A DNA stretch of 38,667 bases from Octopus bimaculoides (GCF_001194135.2 NC_068981.1:25279930-25318596); one strand, 5' to 3'. Shown: positions 25,601 through 37,934, counted from the stretch's first letter. Notes: a model not told the origin generated them from the letters alone. A program made the numbers and translations.

Positions 25601-25930
25601 AGCAAAAATGTTGAGGTGATAGTGGTGTCGGATTCTAACTGTTTTAGTGATTTGCTTGTTAATGGATGCAATGAGAGTTTATGCAAAATGATGGTGGTGG
25701 AGGGTAACATTGTGTAATGGCTAGAATGCTCTTTTGTAGCTCTTTTGCCAGTTGCATCATGGCTAAAAAAAAAAGAGCTCTGTTTGGGGAACTGAAAATG
25801 TTTATCGTTGCGGGTTGTGTATTGGATAGGGGTCCCATTTATATTGTTATTTGTTCGACGGAAACGGATTTGGAAAGTCAAGATTGCGTTCTGATTAGAT
25901 GTCGCAATCAGAATACAGATATATAGGGCA
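22690..25930 (-). mobile_element. CR1-type non-LTR retrotransposon, near-complete ORF2 (APE endonuclease plus RT), broken by stops and frameshifts
   Basis: APE motifs VLTE, LIVVALYKPP, IGDFN and SDHDMV; RT motifs NPNQHCF, YLDFSKAFDRV, GVPQGTVLGPLLFIIYIND and FADDSKL, split across ORFs 25450-25881, 24997-25449, 24647-24985, 23725-24045 and 23447-23713. Confidence 0.92.
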
Positions 25931-26016
25931 GGGAATCGTCAATTAGTAATAAAATTAATAATTAACAATTTTGCCGAGTAGCTCAGTATGAAAAAACCTT
26001 TATCGGTAAAACCATT

Positions 26017-26192
26017 TATAATCATAAATATACAGGGATTAGCAGGCGTTTCTTCTGTGTGTGCCATAAATATCGCCATCCGTTAGAGAAAAAATTTGTA
26101 GTTTGGAATCAGTAGTTCTTTGACTGCTATTTCTGAATTCTCAGTATGTTGGAGAAGCAACTCCTGCTAATCCCTGTATATTTATGATTATA
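26017..26192. repeat. Inverted repeat with arms of about 30-40 bp (MITE-like)
   Basis: TATAATCATAAATATACAGGGATTAGCAGG (26017-26046) is a perfect reverse complement of 26163-26192. Confidence 0.8.
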
Positions 26193-26375
26193 TATNNNNN
26201 NNNNNNNNNNNNNNNNNNNNNNNNNNNNNNNNNNNNNNNNNNNNNNNNNNNNNNNNNNNNNNNNNNNNNNNNNNNNNNNNNNNNNNNNNNNNNNNNNNNN
26301 NNNNNNNNNNNNNNATATATATATATATATATATATACATATATATGTATGCGTGTACGTGTCTGCGTGTGAGTG

Positions 26376-26406
<31 letters not shown>

Positions 26407-26692
26407 ATAGCAACACTCAGTGATGTACGGTATATCGATGTGCAAGTGATTGTATACGTATGAGCTAATGGATGAATGTATTTTGCGTAATGGTACAGTT
26501 TGACAGGTGCAGAATAACGTGTTGCAACTGAATAAATAAACAGACAACGTGCACATTGCAGCTCATATCGAACGTCATAACAGACTAATTCCGAGCGAGT
26601 TGAAACCGTCAGCGTTGGTTAGTTTCAAAGAAGAAGCCATGGACGTTGTAGCATCGAAATCTAAATATTGCTTACGGAGACAGTAATTCAGT

Positions 26693-26809
26693 ATCGCATG
26701 AGGAGATACATATAGATCTTCATATACAGATAAATCGTTAAATAATTTAATTTAAACTTTAAATCCTGTATATACGAGGATCTGTATGTATCGAAACATT
26801 TGTAGCGAT
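26693..26809 (+). ncRNA. Type I hammerhead ribozyme motif with a long stem II and a C3-to-A core change
   Basis: ATCGC-ATGAGGA-GATACATATAGATCTTCATATACAG..CTGTATATACGAGGATCTGTATGTATC-GAAA-CATTTG-TA-GCGAT. Stem I is a perfect 5 bp and stem II about 25 bp. Confidence 0.65.
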
Positions 26810-27125
26810 TAAAAAGCTGCCTAACCGTACTTACTCTTCCTTTTGACACTTTTACTTTATATATANNNNNNNNNNNNNNNNNNNNNNNNNNNNNNNNNNN
26901 NNNNNNNNNNNNNNNNNNNNNNNNNNNNNNNNNNNNNNNNNNNNNNNNNNNNNNNNNNNNNNNNNNNNNNNNNNNNNNNNNNNNNNNNNNNNNNNNNNNN
27001 NNNNNNNNNNNNNNNNNNNNNNNNNNNNNNNNNNNNNNNNNNNNNNNNNNNNNNNNNNNNNNNNNNNNNNNNNNNNNNNNNNNNNNNNNNNNNNNNNNNN
27101 NNNNNNNNNNNNNNNNNNNNNNNNN

Positions 27126-27168
<43 letters not shown>

Positions 27169-27818
27169 CGACGGGCTTCTTTCAGTTTCCGGCTCCCGAA
27201 TCCACTCACAAGGATTTAGTCAGCCCGAGTCTATACTGGAAAACACTCGTCCGAGATGCCACGCAGTGGGACTGAATCCAGAACCATGTGGTTGGGAAGT
27301 AATATTTTTAATTCTATTTACTTGTTTCAGTCATCGGACTCTTGCCATGATATACAAGTACCAGTGTTCAAAGTATATTTAGCAGCAGTCGTTTCTCTTA
27401 GTAGAATTGCTTGTGTCAAAATTTGAAACCATTACAAAGCCAATAATCTCAGGAAGTGCGGCTTATTTGCATGATTGCATATTTCATGATTTAACTTTGC
27501 ATTTTTACTAACAAATGATCGAAGCTAAACAAAGTTTCATATTGTGTATTTGAGAGGATTGATAAAGTTCATTAGTTAGTTATAATTAGTAGTTTTCATG
27601 CAATTTTTTGCAAGAAGCAAACCAGTTCTATGAATGCTACCAACATTTGAAATTGTTATTATCAATCCGATCAAGATGGTGAGCTGACAGAATCGTTAGC
27701 GCGTTGGACAAAATACACAGCGGCAGTTCCTCTGGCACTACCTTTCGAGGTTGATAAAATAAAGTATCAGTCAAATACTAGGGTAAATAAAATCTGACAT
27801 TGTTTGACGCAGATCCAT

Positions 27819-27985
27819 GATGAGTGTTGTATTCATCCCTTTGAGCCAGATACAAAGAAATAATGCTTACAATCGAAACATCCCACCTCTTCTACTCTAA
27901 GGAGGCCAAGGTCGTTTCATGTACAGAAAAGGTCATGGCCTCAGATTTTGGGGATGCAATAGGCATCGTGTTTATTCACTATCGA
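27819..27985 (+). mobile_element. Mariner transposase remnant
   Basis: DECCIHPFEPDTKK*CLQSKHPTSST, then after a frameshift KEAKVVSCTEKVMASDFGDAIGIVFIHY. Matches the mariner pattern DE.W.H..EPETK.QS.QW.H..PKKAKV..SAGKVMASVFWDA.GI..IDY. Confidence 0.8.
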
Positions 27986-29173
27986 CCTCACCGATTAAAA
28001 ATTTTTAAGACTCCTGCCGAGGAAATGCAAATAATGCAATGAAATCATTATATTCATATTATTGATAAGTTTACCCTTTCAAGCGATGACCATCTAGAAT
28101 CGTTAGCACGCCAGCCGAGGTATTTACCAGCATTTTGTCTCTCTTTACATTTTGAGTTCGATAATAAATTTCTGTCCCTACTATTTTAAGAGACTAACTT
28201 TATCACCCTTGCATAGATCAATACCAGTTACCCCTAGTAGGTTCACATGAATTTATGATCCTGTTTAAATGAGGTCTAATCTTTCATATTTTTATATTCT
28301 AGATGATAAATCGCCATGTTATATGAATTTAATATTTTCTGTACTTTAACTAACATAATCCACAGTATAAGCTTTCATTTAATTTTTACGATATTGTATA
28401 TCTCTTAATATGTTTGGAAGTATTTCAATCGTTACACTGTAAATTAGAAACAATATATTTGAAACTTATTTATTGTTTTGATATATTGATTATAGCATAA
28501 TGTAAAGTGGATTGTATTGTATAATATTTTCATTTCTAGTTACTTCACAACAATTATTCTTTGAAGGGAATGATTGTTGTATATGGACAAATAAACACTT
28601 GTTATTCAACTTGCGATTTACCTAGGAGATACCACAAAATAGAGAGCACGGACACCACAAATACAACGAAAATAGATATTTTATAAGGACGGGATTTTCT
28701 TTAAATTTCAGATATTTATGTATATAACTACCATAGCGACACTACTACTTCCACAGCGCCACACCCGTAGTCAAGGATCAATAGGTAAATCCAAATAGAG
28801 AGACATATAAAAACTACTTCAAACTTTATGCAGTAGGAGAAGTATGTAGAAAACAAACGACGGAATCACGACCTTACCGCTGACTGTCTGTCACTTCCGT
28901 CCGGTTCATTTATAGATTTTACTGCTGCTTTCTACATAGTGTATATAAGTAAGCATTAAACAAGTATTCTCCCTACAAATGTATATCAGCCTGAGAAGCG
29001 AAGACTTTCAGGTTTCCTATGTAAAATATCTATTACCGTCTATGTTTGCATTGCGGTGACAAACGGAAGTAAGATGCTGTATAAAGTAAGAACTTATATT
29101 TTCGATTTATTTCAGTATGCAGTTATATTTCCATCTATATTTATATATACGTATACATTTGAGAGCTCACATG

Positions 29174-29217
<44 letters not shown>

Positions 29218-29366
29218 CACATACACAAACACACACATAGACACACACACACACACAACGCACACACGCGCACACACACACACATTGCTACTTCAGAGTA
29301 TTCTACATTTTTAATATTTATATTAATTTATGTTTTTTTACAAATGATATATATATATATATATAT

Positions 29367-29630
29367 ATATAAGGATTTACTTTTCGTAATGAGATAAAAG
29401 ACCAAGGCTGTGTATAATATAGAACATTTATAAATAGAATGTCTTACTGCTGTTTCCAGGATATTTTTTATATCCCTTCACCAGAGACGGTGTGAGAGGA
29501 TCATTAAGCAATAGTTAGTTTAGTTAAGATATGAAATAGAGAATGAATGTAGGGATATTGTATTTATAAATGTTCTATGTTATACACAGCTTTGGTCTTT
29601 TATCTCATTACGAAAAGTAAATCCTTATAT
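29367..29630. mobile_element. Inverted-repeat-bounded element (70-bp arms) containing a hammerhead motif
   Basis: Arms 29367-29436 and 29561-29630 are reverse complements with 2 mismatches. Confidence 0.8.
29441..29488 (-). ncRNA. Type I hammerhead ribozyme motif, slightly decayed
   Basis: Minus strand: GTCT-CTGGTGA-AGGGATAT..ATATCCTG-GAAA-CAGCAG-TA-AGAC. Stem I GTCT/AGAC is perfect. One core substitution (CTGGTGA) and one change in the stem III palindrome. Confidence 0.65.
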
Positions 29631-29751
29631 TCACACGCTGATATATGACCTACGTTGGACCCCTTATTCGCATAACTACTGAACCTGGAGCTTAACTGTG
29701 GTCTATCCATAGCACTTACTCAGCATTACCTGAAACATCTATCGCTCATAA

Positions 29752-29788
<37 letters not shown>

Positions 29789-29989
29789 TTTGTAGAAAAA
29801 CATAAATCCGGAGAAGAAGCACACTCTATGATGTAGAGTAGTTAATATTATAATGGGGGTGGCCGGTTTATGGGGTTGCCTTGGGTTTCGCAGGGGCGAA
29901 AATATTACCGACACCACCACCACCAACCTCAGCAGCACCAACATCAGCAACAACACCACCAGGAGCAACAGCAACAGCAACACATACAA

Positions 29990-30330
29990 CAGCAAAATGT
30001 GTAGCGTCAACAGCACGCGCCCATAGTAATGGGAATTATCTGAGGCAACGCATTTACAACCATTTGTCCGGAAAGGATACGTAACATCACTAGCCAGTCT
30101 TGTCTGGCAACTAAGTGACGATGAGATACAATACTCGATCTCATGGAATATCCTCGAAGACCCAGGCCCCTACATCAACAGGACGTAATCGTTGCAAGTC
30201 ATGCAACGAGAATCCTAAAGGGATCGCCCGTACCAGGAAGTATCGTTGACTCCAGAACAGAGATTTTCGGACCATGTTTACAGTTTAGAAGATACCTGCT
30301 AGCGTTTTATAATCTGCAAGGTGACAGCAC
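29990..30330 (+). mobile_element. Second, more divergent Penelope-like endonuclease C-terminal fragment
   Basis: Frame-shifted pieces YLRQRIYNHLS / SLVWQLSDDEIQYSISWNILE..PYIN / RCKSCNE / DSRTEIFGPCLQFRRYLL resemble the PLE pattern FK.RY.NH..LS.YIW.LK..Y.I.W.I..PY..C.LC..N.R.E..S.C.H..K.LL. Confidence 0.6.
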
Positions 30331-30604
30331 AACTGAAAGGTGATTGCCAAGGTCGAAAGGAGACAACCGTGATTTTTGCTGACCACAGGATGGAGGCGCG
30401 GCCGGAAGACGATAGCCAATAGCAAAGGGAGATAATTATCTATTGTTTACCTTTCTAGCCCGGCATTTTCCCCTCCATATTTTGAAGAGATCTTAGGCCA
30501 ACAGGTTTGGGATCTGACAATACTCCGTAAGACCAAACTTCTTATGAAGCCAGGGTAAACACATAAACCGGCCTCCCCATTATAATACATACATACATAT
30601 ACAT

Positions 30605-30646
<42 letters not shown>

Positions 30647-30922
30647 NNNNNNNNNNNNNNNNNNNNNNNNNNNNNNNNNNNNNNNNNNNNNNNNNNNNNN
30701 NNNNNNNNNNNNNNNNNNNNNNNNNNNNNNNNNNNNNNNNNNNNNNNNNNNNNNNNNNNNNNNNNNNNNNNNNNNNNNNNNNNNNNNNNNNNNNNNNNNN
30801 NNNNNNNNNNNNNNNNNNNNNNNNNNNNNNNNNNNNNNNNNNNNNNNNNNNNNNNNNNNNNNNNNNNNNNNNNNNNNNNNNNNNNNNNNNNNNNNNNNNN
30901 NNNNNNNNNNNNNNNNNNNNNN

Positions 30923-30981
<59 letters not shown>

Positions 30982-31959
30982 ACAATGTTGTACCGGTGTC
31001 AATTCATTACGGGCTTTTCGTAAGAGATGTTTTCATCATCGAAACCGGTAATATTTCATATCTTCTTATATAATTTTAAAATCATTTCATTAAACTCTTA
31101 CTGAAATGTCTTAGATCTTCTTCTGTGTTGTGTCCATCTTCATCTTTTAATTTAAAAACATTGATTTGTATAGATCTCTAATTCTTTCCAACTATATATA
31201 TATATGTGTATGTGTGTGTGTGTGTGTGTGTGCGTGCGTGCGTGTGTGTGCGTGTGCGTGCGTGTGCATGTCTGTATGTGTATGTTCCAGTATACCATTT
31301 CTGTTCTAATTTAGATCGCATTGTTTACGTAAATGAATTTGTATGCGAAACATCATAACTTTAAGTGACCTCTAGAAAACATGTAGCGATAAAAATAAGA
31401 ACATTGCACTGCTAACACCAAAGAAAGCATAATATTGACTTGTTTTTATTTTTTGTAGTAGCAAATATTGTTATGCAAATTAATTATAAAGTAATTTTTA
31501 AAATTCATTTCATATCTTAAGTTGGATTCTGTGTTGAATTACGCAGCTTGTTTCTTATCAAACGCAACTTCCATATAATAGAGAAAATATTCTATCAAAT
31601 TACTACTACATGTTTACAAATTCCTTTGTATGTTGGCTTACTGTCACTATTTCCTCATTACTCATACGCTTCGTTTCTCTCATTCTTTCACTCTTGCTTG
31701 AAATACAAATATCAACCGGTTTTTTTAACACTTATCTACTGATATACATACATACATACAAACATACATACACACACATACATATATATACGTGTATATA
31801 TAGGCTCAGGAGTGGATTTGGTAGACGGAAACTGAAAAAAGCCCGTCGTAAATGTATATGTATATATATGTGTGTGTGTGTTTGTGTGTCTGTGTTTGTT
31901 CCCCCCCCAACATCGCTTGACAACCGATGCTGGTGTGTTTACGTCCCCGNNNNNNNNNN

Positions 31960-31996
<37 letters not shown>

Positions 31997-32460
31997 GCAC
32001 ATGCACATGTATATCGAGGAAAATTTCCGTTATTAGATGAGGTCCATTCGACGGCCGTTTCTGGAGTACAAGCATCGATGTATAGATAAATAAGCGCGTG
32101 TATGTATGAGAGTATGTGAGTGTGTGGGGTGTGTGCGTATGTCTGTGCGTGTATGTGCGTGTGTGTGTATGTGTATATGTGTTTGTGACTGTTTGACGAT
32201 CGACCATGTTATAACCACGATCCAGACAAAGCCTTGCGAGTGGATTTCGTAGACGCAGACTGAAAGAAACCTGTCGTTTAGATACCTATGTGTGTGCCTC
32301 TTTGTACCTGTGTTTGTCCCCCATCACTGATTGACTTATTCAAATCGGCGAAAAAGTTGGGATAAGTACCAGGTTTGAAAATAAGTATTGGCGTTGATTC
32401 GTTCATTTAAAATCTGTATATTGCATGGTTGCAGTGTAATGACTGAAAATATAAAACGTA

Positions 32461-32497
<37 letters not shown>

Positions 32498-33037
32498 NNN
32501 NNNNNNNNNNNNNNNNNNNNNNNNNNNNNNNNNNNNNNNNNNNNNNNNNNNNNNNNNNNNNNNNNNNNNNNNNNNNNNNNNNNNNNNNNNNNNNNNNNNN
32601 NNNNNNNNNNNNNNNNNNNNNNNNNNNNNNNNNNNNNNNNNNNNNNNNNNNNNNNNNNNNNNNNNNNNNNNNNNNNNNNNNNNNNNNNNNNNNNNNNNNN
32701 NNNNNNNNNNNNNNNNNNNNNNNNNNNNNNNNNNNNNNNNNNNNNNNNNNNNNNNNNNNNNNNNNNNNNNNNNNNNNNNNNNNNNNNNNNNNNNNNNNNN
32801 NNNNNNNNNNNNNNNNNNNNNNNNNNNNNNNNNNNNNNNNNNNNNNNNNNNNNNNNNNNNNNNNNNNNNNNNNNNNNNNNNNNNNNNNNNNNNNNNNNNN
32901 NNNNNNNNNNNNNNNNNNNNNNNNNNNTGTATTATATACAATTATATATATCTATATATGAATTTTACCTAAAAGTTTTTTTACATGCTTGCCACTGATA
33001 AAAATCATTAATTCTAATGATTTTATCCTTTAATTAT

Positions 33038-33103
<66 letters not shown>

Positions 33104-33301
33104 TTACAACAAGCTTCCGCATGGTTTCCTTGTAAATCAAGAAACAGTGCACATGCGCACACGCATAGAATTCTGGTATTTGTTGTCCTTCATCAAGTAG
33201 TTTACAACATAATTCTGCGACCCCGTTTTTCTTAAATGCAAAATAACTTTCCTATATATTTCTAATGAAATAAGATTATTGTTGTATTTTCATGCAGATA
33301 A

Positions 33302-33847
33302 ATGTGTCATATTGAAATTATATCACACCACTTGACAAAAGTATTTTCTGTCGCACAGGTTCTTATCCGGTATTTGAACTGCTTCTTCAGTGTCATCATA
33401 TTTGTATCTTCGTCGCCACACTGTGAAGTACCAACCAACTTGGAAGCTCGTTACAGGATTCACTACGGGTTACGCAATAAGTTTATTTCCACAAATAAAA
33501 TGCCTCTACTCGCAACAATACAATTACCACTGCTGGACTTGGATAAAACTTGCCCAACATCTATTGGTAAATCCGGACATACCAGCAACCGATCCACGTG
33601 TCCTTGGTACCTGAAAGTTATCTATGACAAAAACGTTTACCCTCCACTACGTACTGAAGCTGTGTGTCGCTGTAAACATTGTCTAGGCACTGACCATAAC
33701 TACCATTGTGCGGAAGTATTTACTGATGTGTATGTTCTTAATCGTACAGAATCATGTGTTGACGGGTTGTATGTATATGAGCCTAGTAAAATTAAAGTCG
33801 CCACAGCCTGTGTATGTGCACGGAAAATCGATCGAACCGTAACATAG
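33302..33847 (+). CDS. IL17: Interleukin-17-like cystine-knot cytokine, paralog B (true N-terminus uncertain)
   Basis: Intact 181-aa ORF with RSTCPWY, YPPLRTEAVCRCKHC, CAEVF..VYVLNR..SC..GLYVY and TACVC. Colinear with paralog A at roughly 55-60% aa identity by eye. Confidence 0.92.
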   Translation: MCHIEIISHHLTKVFSVAQVLIRYLNCFFSVIIFVSSSPHCEVPTNLEARYRIHYGLRNKFISTNKMPLLATIQLPLLDLDKTCPTSIGKSGHTSNRSTCPWYLKVIYDKNVYPPLRTEAVCRCKHCLGTDHNYHCAEVFTDVYVLNRTESCVDGLYVYEPSKIKVATACVCARKIDRTVT

Positions 33848-35814
33848 GTTATGCGACTGGGAAGCAGTTAAATACAATCTGTAAACCTGCGTTGACGTCA
33901 AGATTGTTCATACTCAACCACCATGTGATTATGTTATACTATGTATAACTTACTAAAATTTGATTAGACTCTATGTATGTATGTATGTATGCATGAACAC
34001 TATGCACCGATCAATTTCATCCTGAAGTCACTAGTTTGCCACCTTTTCACCACTGGATTTTCTGATGTTTGATTAAACTCGCCTCTAGTTATCTCTGCCA
34101 CATGGATTGCCCTTCAGCCTTCGTCACAGGACTCATCTATTTAACTCATTACTTTCTGTCATTTTCGTCGGATTTTGTACACAACTTCCGATCACTATTT
34201 TATCTATAAACTTTTAATTTATATATATTTCTCAATTTTTCCTATATTTTTCTTTCAATTTACACTCTTTATAACATCGAGTAAAGTTTTTTAATAATAT
34301 CGTCATGTAAATATAGAATATTAATTAATTGTATGTGTACATATTACCATCGTTAAATGGTTTATAACAGCGAAAGACGTTGTGCCACTGTATTTTTCAT
34401 GTACATAACAAATACTTCGTGTTTACACGTTCACATGTATGCACTCATATATACACAGACTCATTTAAAGCCAGATCCTGAAGACGGATAAATACCACTA
34501 AGCATTTCGCCCGACGTACTAATCATTCTGCCAGCTCGCCACCTTGTTTGAAACCAATTGCTAGAAATAGGCAGGCTGTGAGCTGGGAGAATTGCTGGTT
34601 TCAAAACATTTCGAGATACAACTATGTTTGCTTAAAATTTTTCGATTTAATGAAATAAGTAACGGTAATGTTTTCTAGTATTATGTATTTTAACATTCAC
34701 TGTCTCACTTATCAACTGCCCTGTTTTGACAGAAGGAAACAATAACGAAGTGGCCTTATTAAATGGTTTCCCATACTTCATGCGATCGTTTAATTTCTTA
34801 ATCCCAAATCCTCAAATTACTCCGTCTGGTGAGAGATAAATATTATTTAATAGATACAATACATATTATTATTATTAGTTTCATATGTTGAAAAACACGT
34901 CAAACATAATTCATCAGGCACAAACCACCTATCATAAGAGACTATAGACTGAATGAGAGAAGAAACGCGAAAAGTTGAGAAGGAAGCATTTAGAAAGCGT
35001 GGAAGTTTAAAAAACGGAAACGAACAGCGGAAAACGAAAAAGTAAAACCATCTCTAATATATATTTTTATACTGTATCAGGCAATCGTATAAATATTCAT
35101 TCATGTAATTTAATAAAAAATGTATATTTATGAACTCGTAGGTCTTCAGTTGCTTCACATTTTGTTGAATGTCTCAGGATACGAAAATTTTCTATTTACA
35201 TTTCAAATTAAACTTGTGAATTTTACCTGTTATGTTAGCGCCTTTTGGTGTATATATTTCATGTGGTGTGTCATATTAATAGTACAAGATGAAGTTTGTT
35301 TAAGAAGCCCAGCTGCTTATTGGTGAGATCAAGGAAGATGGAATAAGGAGTTTAAATACTACAACGTATAAAGTAACTAATTGTTCATATACAATAATTA
35401 CATCCAACGACAAGAATTCTGCCAAGCCACAGCTATGTGAAATTGATCCTTCCTTCTGAACCTGAAGTAATTCAGTAACCATCGTCATTGACACTGAATT
35501 TGTAGGTGTGTTAGTCATGATTTCATAGATATCGGTTGCAGTCACTTGTTAAAATATGTATGTAAATCTTACACAGTATGCAGCGCTAATACGATATAGA
35601 AAACTCGTATAACATCAAAAAACAAATTCCTACCATGATTTTTAAAACTCGGATGGCTTATTACTTAATGTTTGATCGTTGTTCGTCTAACAATTATCAT
35701 ACAACTTGGCTACAAACATTGTCTGAGGTTTAGTATTTTAAACAAAACTTTACTTCTGACCACAAATAACGGCCTTTTCAACAGCTGCACAGCAAAATTC
35801 TCATATTGTCATTT

Positions 35815-36045
35815 CTTTATTGCCCACAAGGGGCTAAACTCAGAGGGGACAAACAAGGACAGGCAAAGGGATTAAGTCGATTACATCGACCCCAGTGTGT
35901 AACTGGTACTTAATTTATCGACCCCGAAAGGATGAAAGGGAAAGTCGACCTCGGCGGAATTTGAATTCAGAACGTAACGGCAGACGAAATACCGCTAAGC
36001 ATTTCGCCCGGCGTGCTAAGCATTTCTGCCAGCTCGCCGCCTTCT
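35815..36045 (-). mobile_element. SINE family D (full copy)
   Basis: Reverse complement of 17662-17915. Confidence 0.85.
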
Positions 36046-37736
36046 AAAATTCTCATATTCTATAACATAGAACTTTGCAGATAACATCGGCTACTCAAAT
36101 ATGTCAAAAGTTTACATGTTTGCCAAACACAAACTCTGAACATTACACACGATTTCTTTCTTTCTTTCTCTCTCTCTCTCTCTCTCTCTCTCCCTCTCTC
36201 TTTCTCTTTCTCTCTCTCTCTCTCTCTTTCATGTCTGTAATATTTCACTCCTTAACCTACATGGAAATCTAAACGCCCAATCCGTCACTCAATACTTATA
36301 ATTAGTAACTTAAATGGAAAAAATAAAATGGCAAACTTCTACATCAAGGAAATTATAATAAATCAAACATTTGTAGTAATATGCATCATAAATCTAGTTC
36401 ATAATCGATGGATAGCAAAACGGTTGGTTCGAGGATCATTGGCAATAGCCATCCTACTACTTTGAGGGATAAACTATATCCTTCCATGCTGAATGATCTA
36501 ATATTTCAAATTGCCAAAATAACAGTCTTGTGAAATATATACGCTTTAATACTAAATATACACAACCTGATAATAACTATAAAAGCACTAACAGAGAAAA
36601 ATAACTAGCAAACAAAAAAGAAAGGAATACTCTACTACACTAAAAGTCCTTGAATATCTGCACACTTGTATCTCTAGAATAGCCCTAACTGTCGTCTCGA
36701 AGTAAAGAATCTTTTATGCAATGTAATATAAACATACACTGTTATAGAACTAGCTAACCACAGATAATACACAGATTCTACAGCAATTGTATCTATGTGC
36801 CATTCTAATATGCATAAGCATATGCTTAATAACAAAAAAATATGCATGGCAGCCTCGCTAGCAGAATATATAGGGGTATAAAACTTAAAGGTTTGAAACT
36901 GCAATAAAGTATCATCGCAACAGCTCGAGCACATACGGGTCATTAAAAAGAGCTTTTAGTCTTTGTACAACAGACAGCTTTGAAATTCTTTAGCAAATAC
37001 TAGATTCCTTAATCGGAAAAATTCAAGTACAGTATCATGTAAACTATAATTTTCAAATCATTCATTATCTATCGTAATAATTCCAGTTAAACTGTTAGCC
37101 AGAACGAAACTAATAATTTATCCACAAAACAAGCATATACCATATTGAAATTTTATATACAGGAACGTAAATGACTAAAAAGTATAATTTTCCCCGTGAG
37201 ACCGAACCATATACTACACCTCAATCACATCACTCTTCCTACTACAGGGACAAGCTTTATAATCTGTACTTTTGGTTAGGTAAAAAAAATCATGCCCATC
37301 TGCAGTAATGCAAATGTGTTCAGATACAAAGGTAAGTCTAAATTTCTAAGAGTAGGTTTATAGGTAGACTTATCGATTCACATATCGACGTGAATATTTG
37401 CTTGCATATGTATACGTATGTGTATATATTTGTAGGTTCTTGGTTCTATATACGTTATATACGTATGCATGCATAAGTGCGTATGGATTTCCTAGTCAAG
37501 AAAGGCAGATGATTCAACTTTAGGGCTGGAAACACAAACCGATCATTAACATCAAATTCCTTTTATCAAATGCCAATTATTAAAGGTGAAAATGTAGCAA
37601 AATCAATGGCGTTGGACAGCATGGCCACACCTCTCGAGTAAAAGAATAATACACATGCACACACACGCACACATATGTGTATATGTATATACCTGTGTGT
37701 GTGTATACATAAATATATATGTATGTATATAGATAT

Positions 37737-37777
<41 letters not shown>

Positions 37778-37934
37778 GAGAGTGAGAGAGTGATAGAAAT
37801 GCATGTGGAAGTGTGTATATGTATGTATGAGCGCCTACATATGTACGAGTGAATCTATGGATATAGATATTTGTATGTGTGTATGGTTATATATATATGT
37901 GCATATATGTATGTTTATACATACATACATACAT

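Noticed and set aside
34105-34145. Minus-strand TAGATGA-GTC-CTGT-GAC-GAAG resembling a hammerhead core, downstream of paralog B
   Set aside because: Three core mismatches and no stems I or III; compatible with chance.
35300-35545. 81-aa ORF in non-repetitive-looking sequence
   Set aside because: No recognisable homology; the length is within chance expectation.
36674-36943. 89-aa ORF with a hydrophobic stretch, as a possible third cytokine or membrane-protein exon
   Set aside because: No IL-17 motifs or recognisable domain in the frames I read, and no paralogous copy to support it.
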